A stretch of DNA of 63,668 nt, filler included, from Intoshia linei (lineage: Eukaryota > Animalia > Orthonectida), in the NCBI GenBank assembly GCA_001642005.1. It is 5 parts of 5 records of this genome, joined end to end, with 100 filler letters (N's around TTAATTAATTAA, not from the genome) between each part and the next. Parts side by side here need not be neighbours in the genome. Positions count along the whole stretch, not along the records: positions 18,060 to 31,016 come from LWCA01001045.1; positions 31,117 to 60,626 come from LWCA01000382.1; 3 more parts are not named here. One strand, given 5' to 3'. Position 1 is the first letter of the stretch. Each line of letters begins with the position of its first letter. Below the pieces are notes generated by a model. The model searched no databases. It was not told the DNA's origin and worked only from the letters and a program-made list of their open reading frames with translations. This document shows, in pieces, positions 27,794-39,940 of this stretch. The translations under genes and the position numbers were made by a program.

Positions 27794-28307
27794 ATGCAAG
27801 ACCTCGAAAAGTCAATTTTAAGTGTCATTTCTACATTTACGAGGTTGATAAGAAAACTAATGCAACTATTTTTATTTTGAATTTAGTGAAAATAGATACT
27901 TGTTCAATAAAGAAATTATTGATAAACTAATGACATGTCTTCACGATACAACAATATTTCAAATTGTAGAGAGTTTGAGAGATGTTCAACAACTTGAAGA
28001 AAAAAGAATGTATTCGAAAAGAAAAGAAAGTATAAATAAATGTATAAGTAATGTCCAAACAAATGTATTAAATTTACTCTGAATTTTAGACGAAAAAAAA
28101 TCAAAGAAAGATATTGTATCTCATATTCAGAAAGTTGATGCAGAAATCATAACAGATTTGGATAAAAAGCTATCCGAGCAACAATCAATATTAGAAAGAA
28201 CTGGAATACCCTTTTTCCGAATAACTAACGATTATGATGAAATTAAACTTCAAAAAGCAATTCTAGACTTAATAATAAAACTACAAGTTGTTTATAATTT
28301 ACCTTGA
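27794..28307 (+). CDS. DGCR6: DGCR6/gonadal family protein, 3 exons
   Basis: LHDTTIFQIVESLRDVQQLEEK..; DAEIITDLDKKLSEQQSILERTGIPFFRITND..LQKAILDLIIKL match the DGCR6 consensus. Confidence 0.85.
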
Positions 28308-28409
28308 AGTTTAGCCTGTTAAAAATACAAATTTGTATACAATTTCATGTAAATTAAATTTTAATTAAATTTCGAAAATAAAGTCCATTCAATAAGCGAT
28401 ATTACGTGA

Positions 28410-30438
28410 ATGTATTTAAATCGAACAGTAAATGTGCTTTGTCGCAATTTTGGAAGAGATTTGGTATATTGATTGAGATTACGAGATTTTTATTCTTTAG
28501 AAATTTGTAAATTATGCTGCGAGACAAAGACGTTATCGTACAACTTTACCCATGAATACTATATTTCTGTTTGTTCCTACTCAGGAGGCTTGGATTATAG
28601 AACGATTTGGAAAATTTAAAACTATTTTACAACCGGTTAATACTTTTTTGTCATGTATTCCATTTAATCTTCATTATATTAGGGATTGAATATTATTTAT
28701 CCCATTATTGATAAAATTAAATATGTCCAAAATTTAAAAGAAATGGCAATTTCCATTCCACAACAGAGTGCTATTACGAAAGGTTTTTATTTAGAATAAT
28801 TTCAATTTTTTATCACTTTAGACAATGTGACTGTTAGAATTGACGGGATTTTGTATGTTAAAGTGTCAGATCCATACTTAGTACTTTTCTTTCGTGTTTC
28901 TATTATATTGAATTAGGCATGTTACGGAGTAGACGATCCGGAATTTGCCATTACTCAGCTTGCTCAGACTACTATGCGATCTGAAATTGGAAAAATTTCA
29001 CTAGATTCTCTTTTCAGAGAAAGAGAATCTCTAAATGCAACCATTGTTGGTATTTTTATTATTTTTTATAATATAAACGTAATTTTAGAATCTATAAACA
29101 AAGCTTCTACTTCGTGGGGACTGGATTGTAAAAGATATGAAATAAGTATTTTATAGACAATATAAGGTAAAGTGGAACGATATATATCTTTTTGTGATCT
29201 AGATTCTGGGCAAGATTAATCGTTTTAACTTATAGACATTTCGATCAATTTAAATTTTATATTCGGAAAATTACGAATTTTGCATTTTAGGAACCTTTAA
29301 TTCTTCACAAGTAGATTTTTATAGTTACCCTAATATCATATTCACGTTTATATCTTTCCAATGTTGTTGTCTAAATGTTGCTCGTAATATCGTTTATAAT
29401 TCAATATAGGAGATATTGATTTGCCGGTTAAAGTTCAAGAAGCTATGCAAACACAAGTAGAAGCAGAAAGAAAAAAGCGAGCCAGTATTTTGGAATCTGA
29501 AGGTTTATATTTTCTTTCGTACAAAAATTCTTAACCATGTTCAGGGGTTATAAAATTAGTCAATATAGAAAATGTCCTAGTGTCTATAAAAAATATTTAA
29601 GGTTAATAAATGAATCCTGGGACAACGAATTTTTTTATTTATTGGATTGTTAAAGTTTGAATTAAATGTAATATACTACATTTAAAATTATTTATTTTTT
29701 GATTCGTGGGATTTATCGATCTATGACTGTTTTTAGTCCATTAGAATTAGACATTTCAGATATTTATTAATTATTTTGGAAAAGGGAAATTTTAAGTTAT
29801 AGTTTATTTCACTTTTCTTAACCTTTTTCAAACATACATATGGTTAGCGACTTCTAATTGTTTTAGCACCCTTTCAAAAAATACTGAATACCTTAAAATT
29901 TAATGCTTAAATAAAGGTCCGTGATATTCAAATAAAATATGAAAAAATTTTTATAGAAGAAATTTTAATATTTAATTTTTGGAATTTACCCCTTAGCCTA
30001 TACGACCGCTATATTATTATTTCAAAAACTCCACTTTTATTCCACCATTTATAAAATTTACAGTGCCATAAGTGTTACCATTTCAAACACCCAGGGAAAA
30101 ATCGACTTTTACTGATATTTTTTTGAAAAACACGTATTTACCAAATCTTATGAGAAAAACCTTTAATTTTTTCAAATTTATATATTTCATGTTTCCTTTG
30201 GTGTACAAAAAAATAAATATTTTGAAATGGGGTATTATTTTGAAATATTTGAACCACTGCCTTAAATGTAATCTAAAAATCGTATTTTTATAGTCCGATT
30301 AATAGACTAAATCTAATTGTAGTTTATTCATTATTTTAGGCGTTCGAGATTCGCAAATTAATATAGCTAATGGTAAAAGAGAAGCAGTTATTTTGTCATC
30401 TGAAGCTTACAAAATAGAGCAAATTAATCGAGCTGAAG
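28410..30438 (+). CDS. STOML2: Stomatin-like protein 2 (mitochondrial SPFH); 3' exons not visible, probably lost in the gap at 31017-31116
   Basis: NTIFLFVPTQEAWIIERFGKF, AITQLAQTTMRSEIGKISLD, QVEAERKKRASILESEG, SEAYKIEQINRAEG across about 8 small exons. Confidence 0.93.
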
Positions 30439-32093
30439 GTTATTTATTTTAAAAAAATGTCAGAATGTCCAAAAATATGGGGTCAGGGCCTATAATGAAC
30501 GCAGGTTTCAAATTTATAAACATTTCGATAAGGTATTATGTGAATGCTTTTTATGTAAATTTTTGTTTACAGTATAGAGCAGTGTTTCCCAACCCATTTT
30601 ACGTTATCGTCCATTTTTTAGAATTTTATTAAATATATTATTTTTATCGCCAAGTAAAAATAAAATTTTACTTTTAAAATGTAACGTTATATATATTGTA
30701 TGCACGAACAAATACATTTATTTTTTTTTCAAATGAATGGAAACTAAATAAATGTATTATGAAAGTATTATTAGAGAATAAGATAATTAAATTTAATGTG
30801 ATCATTGCGCTTCATGGTCGTTAACCAATCTTTTTTATTTTATTTTGTTTTTCATAGAATGCAATCTAAGAAATTGGTATAATTCCTTTATTGCAAAATT
30901 ATTACTAAAGATTTCTAATTTTTTAATAAACACTGATATACTTTTGTTGCAGCATATCAGTTTCAATTTATTTCCTACAAGGCACATACTTACTACACAG
31001 ATAATTAGTGTTAGATNNNNNNNNNNNNNNNNNNNNNNNNNNNNNNNNNNNNNNNNNNNNTTAATTAATTAANNNNNNNNNNNNNNNNNNNNNNNNNNNN
31101 NNNNNNNNNNNNNNNNAATTCATTAATAATAATAAAACAAATTTAAAATAACAGTACTTAAATTGATGCTAAAGTCTCGTTATATATCATTATGTACAGT
31201 TTAATTTTATTAAAAATTGAAGATAGTTTCATTCAATAAGGGTAAAGTGTAAGAACATATTATCTAATGCGCAAAAACTGAAATACTCCTAAAATAATAA
31301 TATTATAATTTTTGATATAATTGACTTAAAAAATTAATTTTAGCATCATTATGTACAGTTTAATTATATTAAAAATATACAATTTATTAATTCAATAAGG
31401 GTACAGATGGGAACATTTTATCTAATGCGCAAAAACTGAAATATCCCTTCATAAAGTAATATTTTATTGTTGACACTATGTAAACATAGGTAATAAAATT
31501 AATTTTGTACTCATATTTCATGAGTAATAATTTGTTTACAATTGACATATGTACCGCCTTATTTTTGTTTGTATGCAAACAATTTAAATTTATTAATTGA
31601 TTTTTTTGCATGCCCGCAAACAATAGCAAATTTATGATTTTACTTTTTTGCATGTATACGTGTTATTGTCTCGTAAGGGTTAAGGGTTGGTAAAATTTTG
31701 GTTTTTTGACATTTGACTAAATTGAAAAAAATATGTTAAAAATTTATCATTTACCCCCAATCATCTAAAATTTTAATATTAACCCCTTGGGGTGCACAGT
31801 CACCCCCAGGCGAAGCACTGTTCTAAAATAATAATCTTTCTACAAAACCGTAGACTTTTAAAATTCTAATCATTAGAATTTTAAAAATAAATACTGATTA
31901 ACCAGTCTATAGTCAGATACAGTCAAAATCTCATTTAACGAACGTCGAAATTTTATTTTTTATGTAAATGCCTAACTATCTGGTATTTAACGAATTTCTG
32001 ATTAACGAACATGTAAATTCAATATTATTTTATTTTTTCAGTAGTTTGAGGTTAGTATTTAGTAGTTTTTTAAATATTGTTATGGTTTTAAAT

Positions 32094-32655
32094 CAGGGGT
32101 TCAAACCACTTGTGGGCCACAGAAAATTTTCAACGTTAAAAAAAATTGGTGTATTAAGTCATAACCAAAACAAAATCTATAAATGCATAATGAATTTGAA
32201 ATATAAATTTGAAATTATGGAATACAGATTTTCAAAACTTTAAACCAGATGATGAAACCAGTCCTAAACTAACTGAAAAACTCTTGGACTTAATTTAATT
32301 ATTTTAAGTCTTAAAAGAAAATTTGAAATTAGTAAGACGAATAGAAAAGGTAGGTGTATTTGGATTTATGGGAATTCAAGAATCAAATATAATTTTGTTT
32401 GATAATGTTCAACCAAGTATTATTGCTTTGCCTACAACATGGCTTGTAGAAGCTGGATTTTCAGCAGTGGTCGTAATTTTTAGTAAGAAGAGGTCAAAAT
32501 TGGATGTGAACAACCGAGGAATAATGCGATTAAGATTGAATAAACTAATAGAAATTGATTACGATTCATTATGCAACACACACAATGCGAAGGCAGTCAG
32601 TAACTATGTAGCGTTGTTACCTAGTAACAATACAATTCCTAGTGTGCTTTGGTAG
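32094..32655 (+). mobile_element. hAT remnant (C-terminal dimerisation region)
   Basis: CAGGGGT terminus; LPTTWLVEAGFSAV..KKRSKLD..RG.MRLRL. Confidence 0.65.
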
Positions 32656-33712
32656 TGCTGTGTATTCCAATACCATATACCATTGTGGAGATCCCAAGGT
32701 TGCTTCTAAAAATAACAAAGAAATGTTTCAATTTTGGGAAATAATGGCTACTCAATCAATTCATCTCAAAGGTATAGTTCGAGTAGCTAAAGAATAGTAT
32801 AATAATCACAATTATTATATAAATAAAAATTTAATAAATATTGATATTGCTCCAATTGTGAATGATGCAGCCGAAAAAGCTCTACAAAAATACAAAAGAG
32901 CCTCAAATTTTTCCAAAAACGAAGTAGAAATCCAAAATATAGTGTCAGTTTTGAATAAATTTTGATGATTTTATTAGAAATATACAAAAATAAACTTAAA
33001 TTTACAAATATTTTATCTAATTACTTAATTGATCATCGCAACGTTGTTACTTAATTTTTTCAAAAATAGTCTTTTACATCTTGGTTTGCATTTAAAAATA
33101 CATCTAGTCCACATGGTACGTCTTTAAAAATATTAAAATTTAAAAACGATGTGACACCCTAGTGTACAGTCCTTATCATTATATTCTATGTATATTATGG
33201 GATTCACAGCCAGTCCTTTTGGCCAAATATCCTCTTCACATTACAAACTAGTATAAATTTAAATAAATAAAGCATTTTACTGTAAATAAAAGTAGATATT
33301 TTAACTATTAGTGTAAAAGTGAGTGAAAATGTTGACAATTTTATTACAATCTGTGTAAAAGTAAGTAATACTGAGTAAACTTTATTAATTTGATGACCTA
33401 ACTCCCTCCGCGATCCGACACTCATACATTTTTTAAAACAGACTTACGAGAATAATATAAAATTGATGTTAATTAAAAAAATTTGGTTAAAAGGTAGAAA
33501 ACATTTCACGAAATTGTACAAGGTCAGTTGAAAAATTTATGTTTATTTATAATGCAATGTAAAATGTAATAATTTATTATTATTATTACTAATAAATTAA
33601 TACACAAATGGAAAGTTTGATGTGTAATAATAAATTGTATTAATTATCTAACTTTGGTAAACCCTCATACATTGTGAATTTATTATATCATGTATCTAAC
33701 ATTTTAATATAG

Positions 33713-34538
33713 TGCTTTCCATTCGACGATCACAATCCGCCATTATTCGAGATGATTGATCAATGTTGCAAGAATTTACGACAATGGCTTTCGGAGGATA
33801 TAGACAATGTAGTAGTGATCCACTGTAAAGCCGGTAAAGGCAGAACTGGAGTCATAATTTCGGCATACTTGTTATTCACCAACATGTTTCACACGGCCAG
33901 TGACGCTTTAGCATTTTACGACAAAACTAGAACATCTGATCATAAAGTAAATTTCACATTATTTGGCTATAAATATTTAGGGAGTTACAATTCCTAGTCA
34001 ACGTAGATATGTAGAATATTACCATAAAACATTATATTCACCCAAAGATTATTCTTTGATACCAATGTTTATTACAGAAATTATCATTGACCACCCTCCA
34101 TTCGTTGCTTGTAATGAATTTTTAAATTGTAATCATGTATTATTTTAGCTCTTTATATAGTAGTAAGTGAAAGGAACAATATATTATACACCTCTAAAGA
34201 ATATACCATACCTAAGAATACACAAATAACTATTGCACTACCAACTCCACTAAAAGTTGAAGGAGATATAAACTTAGAATTTTATACTAAATCAATCTTA
34301 GTAAAGGTAAAAATTTATAAAATTATAAAACAATGAATAGGGAAAGCTTTGTAATTATTGGTTCAACACCTTTTTCGTAAAAAATGAAAACGATGCAAAT
34401 GTAGTTGTAAACGATTTCTTCTATTTATTAACATACAAAAAAAATGAAATTGACAAAGCTGTCAAAGATAAAGATGAAAAAATTTTCAACAATGAATTTC
34501 AAGTAACTACAAAAATGATTGCAGAATTAGAAGATTGA
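33713..34538 (+). CDS. PTEN: PTEN lipid phosphatase; N-terminal exons not visible
   Basis: FPFDDHNPP, HCKAGKGRTG, GVTIPSQRRYVEYY, C2 domain VEGDINLEF, YWFNTFF, EIDKAVKDK. Confidence 0.93.
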
Positions 34539-34609
34539 ATTTTAACGAGTTATTATGTATATATGAATGTAATTTTCAAATAAACTTTAATACAAAATGG
34601 TTCTATACA

Positions 34610-36006
34610 TTAATCAAATTTTATACATCTAAATTTTCCTAAAAGGTAAACATTGTAAAATAATAAATACTCTTAATTTCGTAATTGTTGTACTCGTCAT
34701 TGCTATCACTTTGTCGCTTCACACTAGGTTGAGTTGTATCCTTAGAATTAACATCGAAAGGTAATTCGTTATTGTCACATGGCATTGGGTTTTTGTTTAA
34801 GAAATTACTATGTAAAACCTTGAAATAATTTTGATTAAGTTAAATTACATCTAAGGAAGTGAATCTTTTTAATGGATTGAGAACTAATAATTTTGTAATA
34901 AAATCAATGCTGTCATCATCCACTGCAGTGAATATTGATTTGAGAGGAACGGGCTGTTGGACATTGAATTTTATAAACGACGAAAAATTAGATGCAAACT
35001 AATTGTATATAAATTTTTAGTGATTAAATTACTGGCCAATTTTCTTCGTCCGGAAGACCAAAAATTTTAACAATTGTCGCCAATTGTTGTATATCCGAAT
35101 CTTCCGAAATTAAAGGAACCTAAAGATTATTTTTCAATCTATGGGTAAGATTACTCTCAAAAATAATTGAGCTATAATACACCCGACGGACCACATATCG
35201 ACGGCCGGACCGTATTTTTTCGCGCCCATTATCAATTCTGGACATCGATACCAACTGACTAGTTTTTTTTATAGAAAAAGTAGCAAATACCGAGTAACAA
35301 CTTGGTTAGTATAAATTCTATCAGGCGAGGCGAAGGTTCGAGCTAGACCAAAATCAGTTATGGTAAGTAAGCCAGTTTTTCTAAGTAAAAGATTGTCTGG
35401 CTTTAAATCCTAAATTTTAAATAAAACTTTACAATATTTTTGATATACCCTGTGGAGTATCCAATTTTTGTGCAAATAGTGTAAACCAGTACACAACTGC
35501 TTGGTATAATTTTTTATGTGGGATAATTTGAATATAATACTGCGGTTCTCAATAATATTCTAGTTATAAGTGTATTAACCAAAAAATAAAAAAATACGAA
35601 TAGATCTGTATCCATATGCTCAAATACCAGACAGATGTTTCCATATTCGCTGTAAACATCGAGTAACTAATTTTGATGATAAACTTGTCACAAAAATGAA
35701 ATAACCTTTATAATATTTTCGTGGTTAAGTTCTCCCAATAATTTAATTTCTCTATAGGCAGTTCGGTTAATACCATACTGAGTTTCATCTCTACTACCTA
35801 CATTAATCTATCTTTGTAAAACAAAAATTCAATGACAAATTTTATTTAAAATTAAACCTTTTTGATGGCAACAATTTGGCCAGTTTCTTTGTTTTTAGCT
35901 TCGTAAACAGTGGCAAACTAAATAAAAATAAATACTAAAAATTTAAAAATTTTCAAACCCGCCCAGAGCCCAAAATATCAAGTTTTGTGTACATTTCGCC
36001 ACTCAT
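34610..36006 (-). CDS. CDK7: Cyclin-dependent kinase 7 (CAK), multi-exon
   Basis: LGSGR|[20 protein letters not shown] (NRTALRE variant), [35 protein letters not shown]. Confidence 0.93.
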
Positions 36007-36161
36007 TTTATATTAAAATAAAAGTAGTATATGGACTTATTATCGTTTAATAGATTGTACAGATAACAAGTGTTTGTTTATATACTTAAAATTTAAAACA
36101 ATTAATTGTGAAATGGTCTATATTTATATTTTTTCAATGATTTCACTTTAACTTTATTTGA
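36007..36161. promoter_or_regulatory. Putative bidirectional promoter between CDK7 and SMIM4
   Basis: Only 155 bp separate the divergent ATGs. Confidence 0.55.
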
Positions 36162-36421
36162 ATGTTTAAATTATTAAATCGAGTAGTCAATTCAGTTCCA
36201 GGTGAAAAATGGATTGGTCCGTATAGATTTTTGCCAATTTTTTTTCTTGTTGGGGCAGGGACAGAGTTTTTAATGATAAAATTCAAAATCAATAATGTAG
36301 ATTTTTGTAACGTACCCATCAGTTTTAGATTCAACTTTATTTAGATACTGTTTATCGCAGGAATGAATTAAGGAAAAAGAAAATTTATTTTGAAAACAAG
36401 TACAAAACGCTTGAAACGTAA
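36162..36421 (+). CDS. SMIM4: SMIM4/UQCC5 (sloth1) complex III assembly micropeptide, 73 aa; intron 36307-36344
   Basis: VPGEKWIGPYRFLPIFFLVGAGTEFLMIK..F|YTVYRR resembles SMIM4 VPGKQRFGIYRFLPFFFVLGGTMEWIMIK..FYDVYRR. Confidence 0.9.
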
Positions 36422-36429
36422 CTAATATC

Positions 36430-36618
36430 ATGAATATCGTAAATAAATTCTTTTTTTACTCTTCCTCTTTATTATTGACCATCACTGGTACTCAATGGGT
36501 TCACATGAAATATTTGCCTTTGAAAGTAGAAATTTAAAATCAAAACTATCATTTTATTTAGGGATTAGAAGATGAAATTGATGAATTAGAAAAGGAAATT
36601 AAACGAAAATATGCTTGA
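36430..36618 (+). CDS. UQCC6: BRAWNIN/C12orf73/UQCC6 (sloth2)-like micropeptide, 50 aa; intron 36526-36561; absent from the ORF track
   Basis: MNIVNKFFFYSSSLLLTITGTQWVHMKYLPLK|GLEDEIDELEKEIKRKYA*; single TM plus G.Q.VH..Y.PL..L motif of the family; clean 36 bp GT-AG intron; position directly after SMIM4. Confidence 0.75.
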
Positions 36619-36691
36619 GACACATAGTTTGTATAATAAACTTTATTGTTGTCCAATGATGCATAGAATTTATGATGAGATTTAGTTTTGT

Positions 36692-37285
36692 ATGTCTATG
36701 ATCACTTTTCTGATTTATATATCACTGCTCGGCATAAATGGTAATTCAGTGTATATGAGTCCTTATATTTATTAGATCACTATGTACGATCCATTCGATG
36801 TTATGAGTGCAATATATACCAGGGTAATGATGTGTCAATCGAATTTATATTTTTATAGGAAACTACCGTGTTTCTTGCGTTTACCCAAATTACACTAAAT
36901 CTGTCGTCTGGGGCTGTAAAGCTTGTATGCAAATTGTAGCTTATACGAAAACTCATTATCATAATGGACGATCATCAGGTGGATTTTATATTGGGCCGGC
37001 ATTAACTACTATGCAGATATTTCATTTTCAATATACTTTGTGACAAAAAATGTTGCTAAACGCTGTTATATGAAATTTAATTTAGTATCAATGGCGGAAA
37101 GTCGCACTTGTGTTGTACCTAGATATTATAAACAAAAAATTATGCAAAATCAATGCCACACAAAAAACAAGGGATCTTCAAAGGTCACAATTTGTTACTG
37201 CACTGGACAAGATTTTTGCACATCTGCATCATTTAAAATTTATTCGTTTTTAAATTTTCTAATTTTATTAATTTTGCAAGTTTAA
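36692..37285 (+). CDS. Ly6/uPAR three-finger (quiver/sleepless-like) GPI-anchored protein, 4 exons
   Basis: Signal peptide MSMITFLIYISLLG, IRCYECN, CKACMQ, KRC, ICYCTGQDFCTS and a hydrophobic tail. Confidence 0.7.
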
Positions 37286-37567
37286 AATAAATTGTACAGT
37301 TGAAAAACCAAATATACACAGTATTCTGTCTACTTTGCTAATGTTTCGATCCCCACTTGTAATGGTACATTTTCACTAAATAGATAAACGTTAACCAGAG
37401 ACGTCATATATTACTACAGTCGGACCTCGGATTGGGGCACCATTTTTTGAAAAGTGTCCAAAATCAGGGGTTATAGTAAGTTATCTAATTTTTCATTGAA
37501 TATTTAAACTATTGCAATACATTATGATAATATACTTGTTTCGATTAGAGTCCAACACTGTATAGGG

Positions 37568-39240
37568 CAGGGGTCATCATAGGGGGTTGATTTGATTAAA
37601 GCTAATTAAATTTTATTAAAAAATACATTTAAATTTTAAATGTAATTTGAACTTGTAAAATAAAATATTCTATTATGCAATATCACCAACGAAATATATG
37701 AGTAGTAAATAATGAATAAATTGTGTTAACGTATACTTGTCAATTTTTTATTGTATAAATAAAGACACAAATTTTTTTTTGTGAATTTATTTGAATTGAT
37801 TAAAAGTTATTCTTATGTCATCTGCAAAAAAAATTTCGCCAATATTCTCAACAATATTTGAATATGGTATTCACACCCTCACCATCTAATCCAATTAATC
37901 CAATGTGCTTATTATGCAAAAAAATATTTAGCAGTGATGCTATGAAGCCTTCAAGATGAATGATCACTTGCATCGAATCCATCCAGATAAATGTTAATAA
38001 AATGCTGATTATTTCAAAATATTAAAAACGGAGTATGAAACTTTAAACAAAATTCCAAATTTTTTAAAACCTTGCATAGTTACAAAACCAATTTGTGGAT
38101 TAAAAGCGTCCTACAATATGTCTTTACTAGCTGGACTGTTATGTACTATTTATAAACAGCACCTAGCTCTGCCAAGGGGAGGGCAAAAATCGCGTAGCCT
38201 TTTATATAAGTTAGGATTATATCTTTATTAATTGCTAAAAATGGTGAACCTAATAATATTGCTGAAAATTTAATATTACCTGCTTTAAAAGAAGTTCCCA
38301 ATGTTATGAAACAAAATTCAGATCAAGTTCTGAAGCACTTTACGTTAAGTTCTTCAACTGTTAAGAGACGTATGGACCAAACGGCTGATAATGTTGAAAA
38401 AATTTTAATAAACGAATTAAAAAGTTTCAAATTTTCTTTTCAACTGGATGAATCTATTTTTAGATGTGAGAATATATTGATGTCATATGTAAGGTACTTC
38501 AGTAAGTCCAAACAACAAATAATCGATAAATTTTTACTTGCAAAATACTTAACTAGTGATTCAAGGGGAATAACGATATTTAATACTGCTGAACAATATT
38601 TTATTATGAATGAAATACCCCTTGAAAACATATTTACAGTTGCGACAGATGGTGCTCTGTCAATGGTTGGACGGTACAGTGGGTTTGCTTCATTATTGGA
38701 ATAAAAAACTCCAAAGTTTGCTCAATTCATTGTGTGATACATAGAAATCACCTTGTAGCTAAAAATTTAAGTAGGACATTGAAAATAAATATTTTCGTAA
38801 AAGTAAAAGTTATTAACAAAATTAAAAGCAAACCACTAAACAGTAGATTATTTTCTCTGTTGTATAAAGAAAACGATAAACAATACACTAATTTACTTGT
38901 ACACACAGATGTAAGATGGTTGTCCAAGGGATATTCTCTATGGAGGCTTGTTGAATTATTCCACTCACTGTAACTTTTCTAGAAATATATGAACTTTCCC
39001 TCTGTGAATCATTAATTAATAATACACACAATTTATATTATCTGTCTGATTTGTATGCAAAATTTAATGTCATACAAAAAAAGGCTTTAAGGAAAAAATG
39101 CAACAATTTTAGAATGTCGAACTATTCTTATGGGTTTTAAAATAAGTTTGGTATGAATGTTGTCGATGCTCAACAGAAAAAATTATCAGTATTTTTCTCG
39201 GTTATTGTCAATACAAGATGAGATATTATAATAGATATAA
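37568..39240 (+). mobile_element. Decayed hAT Buster (ZBED5/SCAND3-like) transposon, 3'-truncated
   Basis: CAGGGGTC terminus; BED finger PMCLLC..AMKPS; FQLDES, ATDGA, HCVIHR, HTDVRWLSKG. Confidence 0.85.
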
Positions 39241-39940
39241 TGAGATATATACAAGAGAACAAGACCATCAGTAAATCTGACTGGTTAGATCGTTATTAAA
39301 ATCTTAAAACCCCAGAACCTCGACATTGTCAGTCAATTAATAAGTTCTTAGATTACATATTAACCACATACGCTTTTGAACATCTGGAGACATTTCACAT
39401 AGTGAGTAAATACTGAATACTAATACATTGAATGGATGTATTATAATTTATAAACAATGTAAGAGGTGCTTTCCATCCCGTCGATGATATTCATTAGACT
39501 TGTGTACACAGTGTTTGGAATGTATGTAATGTCATTGACGTACCATTTAGAATTATAGAAAAAGGACGGTGGATTGAAGGTTTTTACCAAAATTATTTGT
39601 AAATATAATAAAAGCATATATTTAAAATTGTTTTATTTCGAAAGCTTCACATTCACAAACCGACTGTATTTTTAAATTTAAAACTATTAAAGACAGAAAC
39701 AAGATATTATTTTTATCGCATTTCTCATACCGTACGGTCCTGTATTTTTTTAATTTCTAAAATTTGAACAAAAAGTTAATACACTAGTATATATTTATTT
39801 TATACATTAAATATATATTTTTTTGTGCATTGCAGGGATTAAATAATATTTAATTAAGAATATTTTAAAAAATGGAATTTTGCAATCCGTAGGTTTTAAA
39901 CGTAATAATATTAAGAATTTAAATATAAATATTTATACAG

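Noticed and set aside
30438-33713. STOML2 lacking its 3' end and PTEN lacking its 5' end
   Set aside because: A scaffold gap lies between them; missing sequence is the simplest explanation.
39240-39600. Possible MULE transposase C-terminal remnant
   Set aside because: Similarity too weak and fragmentary to call.
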